DNA of 64,000 bases from an uncultured Myxococcales bacterium (GTDB taxonomy: Bacteria; Myxococcota_A; UBA9042), in the NCBI GenBank assembly GCA_903919145.1, contig CAIXGW010000139.1, positions 33,927 to 97,926 of the forward strand, in the 5' to 3' direction. The notes under the pieces were generated by a model that had not been told where the DNA came from, did no database searches, and worked only from the letters and a program-made list of their open reading frames with translations. Positions within the stretch are counted from its first letter, which is position 1, and every line of letters begins with the position of its first letter. Both the position numbers and the translations under genes were made by a program. Of the stretch, positions 35,114-45,024 are shown one piece after another.

Positions 35114-36076
35114 ATGCATTCAGTGCAGATGGCTCGGGTGGTGCGGCGCTGGCCGCTGGGTTACAGCCACGGAGCAGACGCAGCACAGGACCGGCCGGCC
35201 CATGTGCGCGCTGGATCCGGCCTGGCGCTGTGGCGCGGTCAACTGGCCGTGGTGCAAGACGACGCCCTCTTTGTCGCCTTGGTTGACCTGGCTCACCTGG
35301 GCGCCGGCGCTCCCGCTGTGGCGGCGCTGCCGCTGCCGCACGGCGAAGACGGCACACGGCAGTTTGGCGGGGACAGGCCCAACAAGCACCTCAAGCCCGA
35401 CCTGGAGTCGGCAGTCGCCTTGCCAGACGGGCGGTTGCTGCTGCTGGGCTCGGGGTCGACGGGGCGGCGCCAGACCTGGTACCTCGTTGACGCGGCAGGC
35501 GCAGAGCCGGCGGTGACCTTGGTCGATGCCTCTGAAGTCTATGACAAAATTCGCGCGCTGCCGGGGGCGCTCACCGCTGAGCTGAACCTGGAAGGGGCGG
35601 CGCTGTGGCGCGATAGACTGTGGCTGGCCCAGCGCAGCAACGGCGTGGCGGCGGGGGATCAGCCCAGACAAGATGCTCTGCTGTCTATGGATTGGCAGAG
35701 TCTGTTGACCTGGCTACAGGGCGGCGGTCCCGTCCCCACGGTTGAGCTGGAGCAGCAGGTTTCGCTGGGCCAGCTGGGCGGGGTGCGGCTGACCCTGACG
35801 GACTTGTGCGGCGGCGGTGATCGCCTGTGGTGGCTGGCGGCCGCCGAGGACTCGCCGGATGCCTACCAAGACGGCGCGGTCCGCGGTTCTGTACTCGGCT
35901 GGCTAGACGAGGCCGGTCTGCACCAGCTGGACCTGGTAGACCAAGCGGGTCAGCCGCTGACCAGCAAGTGCGAAGGGTTGGCCATCGACCCCGGCGATGC
36001 GCGGCGCCTCTGGGCAGTGGTCGACTGCGACGACTGGGCCGTGGCTGCCGAGCTGCTGGAGCTGTTGGTGGGCTGA
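35114..36076 (+). CDS. Hypothetical protein (no signal peptide), co-oriented with flanking hypotheticals
   Basis: ATG 35114 lies 3 nt after the upstream stop. 320 aa with no motifs I can name. Fold guess (beta-propeller/esterase-like) is too weak to call. Confidence 0.45.
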   Translation: MHSVQMARVVRRWPLGYSHGADAAQDRPAHVRAGSGLALWRGQLAVVQDDALFVALVDLAHLGAGAPAVAALPLPHGEDGTRQFGGDRPNKHLKPDLESAVALPDGRLLLLGSGSTGRRQTWYLVDAAGAEPAVTLVDASEVYDKIRALPGALTAELNLEGAALWRDRLWLAQRSNGVAAGDQPRQDALLSMDWQSLLTWLQGGGPVPTVELEQQVSLGQLGGVRLTLTDLCGGGDRLWWLAAAEDSPDAYQDGAVRGSVLGWLDEAGLHQLDLVDQAGQPLTSKCEGLAIDPGDARRLWAVVDCDDWAVAAELLELLVG

Positions 36077-36179
36077 GAGAACCCGCAGCGGGCCGGCGCG
36101 GCTGGAGTTTTCAACCCATTGGTGGCATCCTACCTTGGCGTAGTTGGCCTGACCGGTCGGCCGCAGGCAGGAGGATGCA

Positions 36180-36788
36180 GTGACTATCGGGATCGCAGTG
36201 ATGATCGCGGTCTGCTTGGTGGTCGCCCTTGTGGTGGTCCTTAAGTGGCGCGGCAAGCCGGCAGACGCAGCGGATCAAGCGCCTGCAGGCTCTGCCAAAA
36301 GTGCAGGGACCGACCCTTCTTTGGCCGGTTCAACCGTGCCGGCCCGCTCGGCGGCTCCCGCCCAGGCACCCGCTGCACCTCCTGCGGTCAAGGCGCCGGT
36401 GGCTCTTCAGCTGCCCGACGTTGCCGCTCCCACGGGCTCCTATCAGCGGGTCAGTTGCTCCACGCAAAACGGCGTCCACGGCGCCATGCCTCCCTTTGGC
36501 ACCCTCTCTTGCACCGATGGCGTGCTGGTGTTTGAGGCGACCTCGCGGGTGGTGACAAAGGCTTCGGCCGTGGGGGGCGACGGCTCTGCCACCTTGCAGT
36601 CGCTGGGCGCTGTAGAGCGTGGCAACTATCGCTTTGAAATCACAATGGATACCGTGCAGCGCATCGACATGAAGGGCAGCACCGCCGCGGTCCACTGCGA
36701 CGCCGGCTTGTTTGAGTTTGAAGCCCTGGGCAACGCCGGACCCAACCTGCGGGCTTGGCTGGTGGCGCAAGGGCTTGAGATCGCCTAG
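36180..36788 (+). CDS. Hypothetical membrane-anchored protein (single N-terminal TM helix)
   Basis: GTG 36180 preceded by GGCAGGAGGATGCA (AGGAGG SD). N-terminus MTIGIAVMIAVCLVVALVVVLKWRGK, then Ala/Pro-rich linker and a ~120 aa C-terminal domain. Confidence 0.5.
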   Translation: MTIGIAVMIAVCLVVALVVVLKWRGKPADAADQAPAGSAKSAGTDPSLAGSTVPARSAAPAQAPAAPPAVKAPVALQLPDVAAPTGSYQRVSCSTQNGVHGAMPPFGTLSCTDGVLVFEATSRVVTKASAVGGDGSATLQSLGAVERGNYRFEITMDTVQRIDMKGSTAAVHCDAGLFEFEALGNAGPNLRAWLVAQGLEIA

Positions 36789-36884
36789 AAGCCTGACGCC
36801 GCAGCCGCGACATTCAAGCAGAACCTGCTAAATCCCCTCAATAAATCCATAGATCCGCGCGCAGCCATGGTCAGTCGTGCGGGT

Positions 36885-37163
36885 TCAGTGCACGGCGGCC
36901 TCGCCCGGCGCGCGAACGGTGCGTCCAGCAGCTTGGGGGATTAGCCGCACCTGAAACAGCGGTCCCGCGGACCCACGGGTTTTCTTGACCTCGGCATCGC
37001 TGCGGGTCACTGCGGCGGGGTCGGCTTGGCTGGTCTTGCCGTCGCCGCGCTGCAAGAGGGCGCTTGGCGGCGCGGTTGCCTTGATCTGGGTGGAGCTGCT
37101 GCAGGCGCTGGCAGCCACGGCCAAGGCCAGCAACAGGGGCATCGTCTCATTTGCGCGGATCAT
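36885..37163 (-). CDS. Small hypothetical lipoprotein (~92 aa)
   Basis: MIRANETMPLLLALAVAASAC|SSSTQ is a signal peptide plus lipobox-like Cys. Short and unrecognised, so low confidence. Confidence 0.3.
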   Translation of the reverse strand: MIRANETMPLLLALAVAASACSSSTQIKATAPPSALLQRGDGKTSQADPAAVTRSDAEVKKTRGSAGPLFQVRLIPQAAGRTVRAPGEAAVH

Positions 37164-37387
37164 CGGAACTCCGGGTCGGGCGCGCTGCTGTTTTCGCGGC
37201 GCCTGGGTGAGACGCACCGGCCGGCCGCTGGGTCTGAGCGATCCCGAGGGGCCGTGCAGCAGTCAGCGAAGTTGAGCTGGCCGCGACCTTGCCGCGTCGC
37301 GGGTGCTCGCACCAGTCCGGCCCCCTGCCCAGGGCGAGGGGGCTGGCTTGGCCGCCCTGCGCGGGACCCAGAAGCTGGTGCCGCTGC

Positions 37388-37416
37388 TTGAAATCTGCGG
37401 GTGCAAAAGCTATTTT
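37388..37416 (+). promoter_or_regulatory. Sigma-70-like promoter candidate TTGAAA-17 nt-TATTTT upstream of the giant Cys-rich lipoprotein gene
   Basis: CTTGAAATCTGCGGGTGCAAAAGCTATTTTG. -35 matches TTGACA at 5/6, 17 nt spacer, -10 matches 4/6. Lies ~100 nt upstream of ATG 37518. Sequence-only call. Confidence 0.25.
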
Positions 37417-37517
37417 GGGCGCTGGCTGCCGCTTTCCCAGTGCAAAGAGTGCTTGGCTTTTTTGGCCTGCGCACCTGGATCGCCGGGCGAGGCGGCGATG
37501 CCCAAGGGAGCAAGGCC

Positions 37518-40500
37518 ATGAGTGTCGCGCGTCGGCAAGAGGGCCCCCTAGCAGAGGGGCACAGGATGGGGGCGACGCGGGCCGGCCCTGTGCAGCGGCG
37601 ACCTTGGGCTTGGCTGGCGCTGTCCTTGGCCCTCTGCGCGGCGATCGCTGGGGGGTGTGAAGGCAAGTTCCTGACAGCCGAGCAGATCGACCAGCGCTTG
37701 GATGCGGCTGGGACGGCCGCCGATGGCGCGGATGTCGCTGGATTGGAGGGCGACGCCGACTCGCAGGCGGACACGCTGGCGGCTGCGGATTCAGACGGCG
37801 CCGGCTCTTCCGACTCAGCTGGCGAGACCGCCAGCGGCTGTGTCAGCGCTGCCGACTGCAGCGATGGCAACCCTTGCACCACCGATGCGTGCCCTGCGTC
37901 CGGAACCTGCGAGCACACTGCCATCGCCGACGGCGGCACCTGTGACGACGGCAATGCCTGCACCGCCGGCGAATTCTGCGCCGCTGGCAAGTGCGGCGGT
38001 GGCACCGTCAAACACTGCGACGACAACAACGTCTGTACCGCCGACGCCTGCCTGCCCGCCAAGGGCTGCACCCACACCGACGACGACGGCGCGACCTGCG
38101 ATGACGCCGACCCCTGCACAGTGGGCGACAAGTGTCTGGCCGGCCAATGCCAAGCCCAGCCCAAAGACTGCGGCAATGACGCGTGCACCACTGCCAAGTG
38201 CGTCAACGGCGTGTGCAAGTCCGCCAGCAAGGTCGACGGCTTGGACTGCGACGACAAAGATGGCTGCACCAGCGGCGACAAGTGCCAAGACGGCCTGTGC
38301 GTCGGCGCCCAAAAGACCCTCTGTGACGACAAAAATCCATGCTCAATAGATAGTTGTGTGGGCACCCTGGGCTGCCAGTTTGCGCTGGTCGATGGGCCGT
38401 GCAGCGACGGCGATGCTTGCACCCTGGGCGACACCTGTGCTGGCGGGACCTGCGCAGCCGGGGCGACCAAGGCCTGCGATGACGGCAATCCCTGCACCCA
38501 AGACCTGTGCCAGCCAGTGGATGGCAGCTGTGCCGTGACGCCGACCGCCGGCCCCTGCAGCGACGGCAATGCCTGCACCACCGGCGATGGCTGCGCGGCC
38601 GGCGCGTGCTCTGCGGGCAAGCTGGCGGGCTGCGATGACAACAATCCGTGTACGGTCGACAGCTGCGACGCCAATTCTGGCTCCTGCACGGCGCTTTTCA
38701 ACACCGCCGGCTGCGAGGACGGCGATGCGTGTACCGTGGGCGACAGCTGCAGCGGCGGCGAGTGCAAGGCCGGTGCGGTCAAGCCCTGCGCCGACAGCGA
38801 CACCTGCACCAGCGACGCTTGCGACGCCAAGACTGGCGCGTGCCAACACAGCAAAATCAATGGCTGCGGCGAGTTTTGCGCCAGCGTGGCCGACTGCAAG
38901 GCCGGCAACGTGTGCAATCAAGTGGCATGCCTGAGCGGCAAGTGCGCGTTCCTGCCCACCACGGCCATCTGCGACGATGGCGATGCTTGCACGCTGGCCG
39001 ATCAGTGCGGCGCCGGAGCCTGCCAGCCCGGCAGCCCCAAGAATTGCGACGACGGCAAGCCCTGCACCACCGACAGCTGCCAGGCCGGCACCTGCAACCA
39101 CGCCAACAACAGCGACCCGTGCTCGGACAACAACGCATGCACCCAGGGCGATCTCTGCAAAGGCGGCGCCTGCGGCTCAGGCAAGGCCAAGGCCTGCGAC
39201 GACGGCAATCCCTGCACCAGCGACAGCTGCGACGTCAGCAGTGGCGACTGTCAGGCAACGGCCAACAGCGAAGCCTGCGACGACAAAAACCCCTGCACCA
39301 GCACCGACAGCTGCCAGCTGGGCCAGTGCGCCGCCGGCACCCCAGTGAACTGCGACGACGGCAACCTCTGCACCCACGACAGCTGCGACGGCAAGACCGG
39401 CACCTGCGTCCACGCCAACAACAGCGCGCCGTGCAGCGACGGCAATGCCTGCTCCGAGGGCGACGTCTGTGCCCAGGGCAGCTGCGCCAGCGGGGCCGCC
39501 AAGGTGTGCCAGGACGGCAATGCCTGCACCAACGATGCCTGCGATCCGCTCAGCGCCGCCTGCCTTTACACCCCCAACGCCGCGCCCTGCAGCGACGGCG
39601 ACGCCTGCACCATCGGCGACAGCTGTGCGGCAAGCGGCTGCAAAGCGGGGGCCGCCAAGGTCTGCGCCGACAGCGACACCTGCACCAACGACACCTGCGA
39701 TTCTGCTAGCGGCAACTGCGTTTACAAGCCGATTACCGGCTGCGGCGGCAACTGCACCAAGCCCAGCGACTGCGGCGACGCCAACCCATGCACCGACGAC
39801 TCCTGCGTCAGCGGCAAGTGCGCCTTTCCAGCCAATACGGCCGCGTGCAGTGACGGCAACGCCTGTACCGTCAGTGACCTGTGCAGCGGCGGAACCTGCA
39901 AGGCGGGCGCGACCAAGGCCTGCAGCGACGGCAATCCGTGCACGGCCGACGCCTGTGACAACAAGAGCGGCGACTGCGGCCACACCCCCAATGTCGCCGG
40001 CTGCGATGACGGCAACGCCTGCACGGCGGGAGACGTCTGCGGCGGCGGTGCGTGCAAGGCTGGCAAGGCCACCGACTGCAGCGACGGCAATCCGTGCACC
40101 GACGACGCCTGCGATCCCACCAGCGGCAACTGCAAGTCCAGCTCCAACACAGCGACTTGTACCGACGGCAATGCCTGCACCAGCGGCGACGTCTGTGCCG
40201 GTGGCACCTGCAAGCCCGGCGCGGCCAAGGGTTGCGATGACGGCAACCCCTGCACCAATGACGCCTGCGACCCGCTGAGCGGCGTTTGCTCCAAGGTGGC
40301 CAACTCTGCCCAATGCAGCGACGCCAATGACTGCACCCAAGGCGATTTGTGCTCCGCTGGCGTGTGCAAGCCCGGGGCGGCCAAGGCCTGCGACGACAAG
40401 AACGTCTGTACCCAAGACAGCTGCGACGCCGCCAGCGGAGCGTGCGTGGCCGCGCCCAACGCCGCGCCCTGCGACGACGGCAGCAAGTGCACCCAGGCCG

Positions 40501-43500
40501 ACAAGTGCACAGCCGGCAGCTGCCAGCCGGGCACCGCCAAAGTCTGCGACGACGGCCAGGCTTGCACGATCGACAGCTGCAGCCCAGGCGACGGCAGCTG
40601 CGTGTTTGCACCCAAGATCGGCTGTGGCGGCAACTGCAACACCGCCAGCGACTGCAGCGATGGCAACGGCTGCACCGACGACCAGTGCGCTGCCGGCAAG
40701 TGCGCGTTTCCCAACAACACTGCCAGCTGCACGGACAACAACCCGTGCACCCTGCAAGATGCCTGCAGCGGCGGCACCTGCAAGGCCGGCAGCGCCAAGA
40801 CCTGTGACGACAGCAATCCCTGCACCAATGACAGCTGCAATGCCACCACCGGCCTGTGCAATTATGTAGGAAATACAGCAGGGTGTTCGGACAGCGACGC
40901 TTGCACCGCCCCGGACCTGTGCGCCAACAGCAATTGCACACCGGGGGCCAAGAAGACCTGCACAGACAACAACCCGTGCACCAATGATAGCTGCAATCCC
41001 GCCACCGGCGCTTGCGTCAACGCCAACAACAGCGCCGTATGCAACGACAACAACGCCTGCACGTCTGGCGACATCTGCAGCGGCGGCAGCTGCGCTGGCC
41101 CCGTGACCGTGGGCTGCGACGACGGCAAGCTGTGCACAACGGACAGCTGCGACCCGGCCGGCGGCTGCAAGACCGTCAACAACAGCTCGCCGTGCAATGA
41201 CAACAACCTCTGCACCACCGGCGACACCTGCTCGGGCGGCGGCTGCGTGGGCGGGTCCGCACCGGTGTGCAATGACAACAACGCGTGCACCACCGATAGC
41301 TGTGCTGCGGCCATTGGATGCAAGTTCGACGCCAATACCAACGCTTGCGAAGACGGCAACAAGTGCACCCTCAACGACGTCTGCAGCGCTGGAACCTGCA
41401 GCGCCGGCTCGGGCAAGACCTGCACGGACAGCGACACCTGCACGACCGACAGCTGCGATCCAGCCAGCGGATCCTGCGTCTACAAGCCCATCATCGGCTG
41501 CGGCGGCTACTGCGACAGCAGCGCCAACTGCAATGACGGCAACCTCTGCACCGACGACGCCTGCGTGGCCGGAAAGTGCACCAACACTGCCAATACCGCT
41601 AATTGCACTGACAATGACGCCTGCACCACCGGCGACAAGTGCAGCGGCGCAGCCTGCAAGCCCACCGGCACGCTGACCTGCAGCGACGGCAACGTCTGCA
41701 CCAGCGACAGCTGTGTCAAGGCCACTGGTTGCAGCTTTGTCAACAATAGTGCCAGCTGCACAGACAACAATGCCTGTACTACCGGCGACTTGTGCTCGGG
41801 CGGTGCCTGCCTGGGCGGCGCCCCGCCCAGCTGCGAGGACAACAACGGCTGCACGACGGACAGCTGCGACAAGGGCAAGGGCTGCCAGAACCTGGCCAAC
41901 AACGCGCCCTGCGACGATGGCGACGCCTGCACCGCCAATGAGCAATGCGCCAAAGGCAATTGCGTGGCCACCACCGACGTGCTGTGCACTGACAACAACG
42001 CGTGCACCAACGACTCCTGCGACAAAGCCCAGGGCTGCGTGTTCACCAACGTCAGCAACGGCGCCGGCTGCGACGACGGCAAGCCCTGCTCGCTGGGCGA
42101 CAGCTGCCTGGCGGGGCAGTGCAAGGCTGGAGTGGCGGTGTGGGTAGACAGGCTGGCCGGCTCTGTTCCAGCCCCCAACAGCGGCGCTGGCGGCGGCAGC
42201 TATGCGGAGGGCACCGGCGAAAAGGCGGCCTTCAACACCCCCATGGGCATCGCGTTTCACCCAGGGGTCAATGTCCTGGTCGTGGCTGATACCTATAACC
42301 ACCTGATCCGAAAGGTGACGTTGCAGGGAAAGGTCAGCGATATCGCGGGTGTAGCCGGCAAGGGCAGCTATGCCGATGGCCAGGGCAGCAATGCGGCGTT
42401 CAACCTGCCAATGGGCGTCGCCGTGAGACCAGATGGGCAGATCCTGGTCGCTGACACGGGCAACCACCTGATCCGCGCAGTGATGATCGATGGCACCGTT
42501 ACCACTGTAGCTGGTACAGGCAGCGGCGGCAGTCAGGATGGCAGCGTCAAGTCGGCCACCTTCGTAGGGCCGCGCGGCGTGGCGGTCAGCGTGGGAGGTG
42601 TTGCTGCCATCGCGGACACGGGCAATCACATGATTCGCCTGATAAAGCTTAGTGAGGGGCTGGTGGTGACGCTGGCCGGATCTCCCTCAGCTGGGTTCAA
42701 AGACGGCATGGGCAGCGCCGCGCAGTTCAACACTCCCGTTGGCGTGGCCTTTGACACAGCGGGTCGCCTCTACGTGGCGGACCAAAGCAATCACCGGATT
42801 CGCCAAGTCCTGCCCAGCGGACAGGTCTTGACGGTAGCCGGCGATGGCACGGCGGGCATGGCCGACAGCACCAACCCCCTGTTGGCCAAGTTCAACTTCC
42901 CGGCCGGGGTGCTTGTGGCGCCCACGGGGCTGTTTGTGGCTGACAGCTTCAATGGCCGCATCCGCCGCGGCGCAGCCAATGGCGTGGCCACGCTGGCCGG
43001 CTCAGGCACTGGGGCCGTCGATGGGCTCGCGGCCAGCGCCACCTTCTACCTGCCCCAGAGCCTTGCGGCCGATAGCGGCGGCTACCTCTACGTCGCCGAT
43101 GTCTACAACCACTTGATCCGGCGGGTGCGCGACTCCAGTGGGGGGTGCACCATCAATGGCCAGTGCGTCGTGGGCGGCTGGTGGAAGCCGGGAGCCAGCT
43201 GCTACCGCTGCGAGGCAGCCTCCTCTGCCACCGCCTGGACGGGCAAGCCCAACGGCGCGCCGTGTGATGACGGGCTGCTCTGCACCGCTGAAGACCTCTG
43301 CAACTACAAGTCGGGGCCGGTGGCGTGCAACGGCACGGTGGTCACCTGCAACGACGGCAATGCGTGCACCAACGACTCTTGCAGTGCGGCCACCGGGGCG
43401 TGCCAGAACCTGGCCGGCAGCGGCGCCTGCGACGACGGCAGCCCCTGCACCTATCCCGACACGTGCAGCGGCGGCAGCTGCGGGGCCGGCACCCAAAATG

Positions 43501-44876
43501 GCTGCGCCGACGGCAATCCCTGCACCGAAGACCTGTGCAACAAGACCGCCAACACCTGCGAAAACCCGCCGGTCAGCTACGGAATCTCTTGCACGGCGAT
43601 GGGCAAAGAAGGGTCGGCCTTCTGCGCTGGGACCAAGTGCACCTCGCTGGAGCAGAGCGCCAACATCGTCATTACCGGAGGGGCTACGCTGTCGCGCCTG
43701 ACCTCGGTGGACCGCGGCCCTGACAAAGAGCTTTACGTCAGCGGCTTTGGCGCCAATCCCCTGATGGCCGGGGGCCTTTCGGCGATCTACAAAGTCGCCA
43801 CTGCCAGCTCGCCGCCGTCTGTGGCGCTGAGCTACTCTGGCAGCCATGAGATCTGGACGGTGGTGCGGCGCTTGGCCAGCGGCGGATTTGGCACCGTGGG
43901 CGGCACTGCGGATAGCGCGGCCTTGCTGTGGGGGCTGAGCAACGGCACCTGGGCGCCCACCGCCGGCCCGGGGAGCCTGGGCAGCCGGTCCTTGCGCGAA
44001 GCCAGCGTCTACCTGGCCTCGGACGGCAGCGAGAACTATCTGTTTGGCGGAGCCACCGACACCGGCGGCAACCCGACCTCGCTGTACCGGGCGCGGTGGA
44101 CCGGCTCGGGTTGGTCCACGGCCAGCGGCAGCGGCGAAATGGCGCTGTTCAACTCTGCGCCAGCCAACGCAGGCGAGTGTGCCACCAAGCGGATCGGCGC
44201 TCCCATCGCCGGGCTGGCCACCTACTCGGCCACGGAGGGCTACGTCGCCAGCAACTGGGGCTCAGCGGCGCCCCTGGCCCAGGTGGCGCTGTGGGACGCC
44301 AACAGCACGGTGAGCACGACTTGTGCGACCTATGCCCCAGGCGGCTCTGTGTTCTATGGCACGGGCGCCAACTACCTGGGAGTGCAGGGCACGGCCACTG
44401 CGGTCGCGGCGACCAGCGCGTCGCGGGCGCTGTTGGTCGGCACCCAGGGGACTGCGCCGTTCATCTACCGGCGCACGGCCAACGGCTGGACGGCCGAGTC
44501 ACCGGCGCCGCTGCCGCCGTCTGGCTTGCCTGCCTGGAACGCTGGCAACTATGCGCCCAGCAGCGTCTGGCTGGGGGCCAGCGATGCCTGGGTGGTGGGG
44601 ACCCTCAAGTTCAGCGGCTGTGCCTATGTGTTTGCCCTGCACGCCTCGATGGGCGCCACCACCGCAGTGTGGGACAAGCTGTTGGTGACCACCAACACCG
44701 TCGTGGGCTGCTCCGCCTCGGCCAGCAGCCACGTCAGCGCCACCAAGGTGTGGGGCGACCCGACCGATGGCGCGATCTACATCACCGGCTCAGCGCCCAC
44801 CGACAGTACCGGCAAGACCTGGGTCAATTCCGGTGGGTCGATGGGCCAGGTCGGCATCCTGTGGCGAATCAAGTAG
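37518..44876 (+). CDS. Giant (~2450 aa) secreted lipoprotein built from several dozen ~40 aa Cys-rich repeats (Myxococcus-type cysteine-rich repeat), a six-blade NHL-repeat beta-propeller and a ~450 aa C-terminal domain
   Basis: ATG 37518 (AAGGGAG upstream) or 37566. Signal/lipobox WAWLALSLALCAAIAGGC|EG. Repeat unit, e.g. CSDGNPCTTDACPASGTCEHTAIADGGTCDDGNACTAGEFCAAGKCGGGTVKHCDDNNVCTADAC, iterated ~35 times. NHL motifs NHLIRKV / NHLIRAV / NHMIRLI / NHRIRQV / NGRIRRG / NHLIRRV. More Cys repeats after the propeller. Confidence 0.8.
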   Translation: MSVARRQEGPLAEGHRMGATRAGPVQRRPWAWLALSLALCAAIAGGCEGKFLTAEQIDQRLDAAGTAADGADVAGLEGDADSQADTLAAADSDGAGSSDSAGETASGCVSAADCSDGNPCTTDACPASGTCEHTAIADGGTCDDGNACTAGEFCAAGKCGGGTVKHCDDNNVCTADACLPAKGCTHTDDDGATCDDADPCTVGDKCLAGQCQAQPKDCGNDACTTAKCVNGVCKSASKVDGLDCDDKDGCTSGDKCQDGLCVGAQKTLCDDKNPCSIDSCVGTLGCQFALVDGPCSDGDACTLGDTCAGGTCAAGATKACDDGNPCTQDLCQPVDGSCAVTPTAGPCSDGNACTTGDGCAAGACSAGKLAGCDDNNPCTVDSCDANSGSCTALFNTAGCEDGDACTVGDSCSGGECKAGAVKPCADSDTCTSDACDAKTGACQHSKINGCGEFCASVADCKAGNVCNQVACLSGKCAFLPTTAICDDGDACTLADQCGAGACQPGSPKNCDDGKPCTTDSCQAGTCNHANNSDPCSDNNACTQGDLCKGGACGSGKAKACDDGNPCTSDSCDVSSGDCQATANSEACDDKNPCTSTDSCQLGQCAAGTPVNCDDGNLCTHDSCDGKTGTCVHANNSAPCSDGNACSEGDVCAQGSCASGAAKVCQDGNACTNDACDPLSAACLYTPNAAPCSDGDACTIGDSCAASGCKAGAAKVCADSDTCTNDTCDSASGNCVYKPITGCGGNCTKPSDCGDANPCTDDSCVSGKCAFPANTAACSDGNACTVSDLCSGGTCKAGATKACSDGNPCTADACDNKSGDCGHTPNVAGCDDGNACTAGDVCGGGACKAGKATDCSDGNPCTDDACDPTSGNCKSSSNTATCTDGNACTSGDVCAGGTCKPGAAKGCDDGNPCTNDACDPLSGVCSKVANSAQCSDANDCTQGDLCSAGVCKPGAAKACDDKNVCTQDSCDAASGACVAAPNAAPCDDGSKCTQADKCTAGSCQPGTAKVCDDGQACTIDSCSPGDGSCVFAPKIGCGGNCNTASDCSDGNGCTDDQCAAGKCAFPNNTASCTDNNPCTLQDACSGGTCKAGSAKTCDDSNPCTNDSCNATTGLCNYVGNTAGCSDSDACTAPDLCANSNCTPGAKKTCTDNNPCTNDSCNPATGACVNANNSAVCNDNNACTSGDICSGGSCAGPVTVGCDDGKLCTTDSCDPAGGCKTVNNSSPCNDNNLCTTGDTCSGGGCVGGSAPVCNDNNACTTDSCAAAIGCKFDANTNACEDGNKCTLNDVCSAGTCSAGSGKTCTDSDTCTTDSCDPASGSCVYKPIIGCGGYCDSSANCNDGNLCTDDACVAGKCTNTANTANCTDNDACTTGDKCSGAACKPTGTLTCSDGNVCTSDSCVKATGCSFVNNSASCTDNNACTTGDLCSGGACLGGAPPSCEDNNGCTTDSCDKGKGCQNLANNAPCDDGDACTANEQCAKGNCVATTDVLCTDNNACTNDSCDKAQGCVFTNVSNGAGCDDGKPCSLGDSCLAGQCKAGVAVWVDRLAGSVPAPNSGAGGGSYAEGTGEKAAFNTPMGIAFHPGVNVLVVADTYNHLIRKVTLQGKVSDIAGVAGKGSYADGQGSNAAFNLPMGVAVRPDGQILVADTGNHLIRAVMIDGTVTTVAGTGSGGSQDGSVKSATFVGPRGVAVSVGGVAAIADTGNHMIRLIKLSEGLVVTLAGSPSAGFKDGMGSAAQFNTPVGVAFDTAGRLYVADQSNHRIRQVLPSGQVLTVAGDGTAGMADSTNPLLAKFNFPAGVLVAPTGLFVADSFNGRIRRGAANGVATLAGSGTGAVDGLAASATFYLPQSLAADSGGYLYVADVYNHLIRRVRDSSGGCTINGQCVVGGWWKPGASCYRCEAASSATAWTGKPNGAPCDDGLLCTAEDLCNYKSGPVACNGTVVTCNDGNACTNDSCSAATGACQNLAGSGACDDGSPCTYPDTCSGGSCGAGTQNGCADGNPCTEDLCNKTANTCENPPVSYGISCTAMGKEGSAFCAGTKCTSLEQSANIVITGGATLSRLTSVDRGPDKELYVSGFGANPLMAGGLSAIYKVATASSPPSVALSYSGSHEIWTVVRRLASGGFGTVGGTADSAALLWGLSNGTWAPTAGPGSLGSRSLREASVYLASDGSENYLFGGATDTGGNPTSLYRARWTGSGWSTASGSGEMALFNSAPANAGECATKRIGAPIAGLATYSATEGYVASNWGSAAPLAQVALWDANSTVSTTCATYAPGGSVFYGTGANYLGVQGTATAVAATSASRALLVGTQGTAPFIYRRTANGWTAESPAPLPPSGLPAWNAGNYAPSSVWLGASDAWVVGTLKFSGCAYVFALHASMGATTAVWDKLLVTTNTVVGCSASASSHVSATKVWGDPTDGAIYITGSAPTDSTGKTWVNSGGSMGQVGILWRIK

Positions 44877-44895
44877 CTGCTCACGGCCTGCGCCG

Positions 44896-44918
44896 ATTGT
44901 TGTCTCAACAGAAACAAT
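44896..44918 (+). terminator. AT-rich hairpin ATTGTT-(11 nt)-AACAAT 20 nt after the giant gene stop; possible intrinsic terminator or attenuator
   Basis: GATTGTTGTCTCAACAGAAACAATGCTGTGCCGATTTGCC is a 6 bp perfect stem followed by a U-containing stretch. Unusual A/T composition for this genome. Confidence 0.25.
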
Positions 44919-45024
44919 GCTGTGCCGATTTGCCTCTGGCGGAAAGCAAAGAATCCGGCATCCTGTGGACGGCGGCGCGATGCCGCCTCGCCGCAGCTCC
45001 CAACCCGCGCACCAAGAGGCAACG

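Noticed and set aside
39177-42629. 1150 aa ORF antisense to the giant Cys-rich repeat gene, plus many other long ORFs (e.g. 49670-52387, 27575-29329, 5472-6926, 8348-9232, 14702-15919)
   Set aside because: They are Ala/Gly/Arg-rich, low-complexity translations lying opposite or out of frame with strongly supported genes. Long stop-free antisense frames are expected at ~70% GC.
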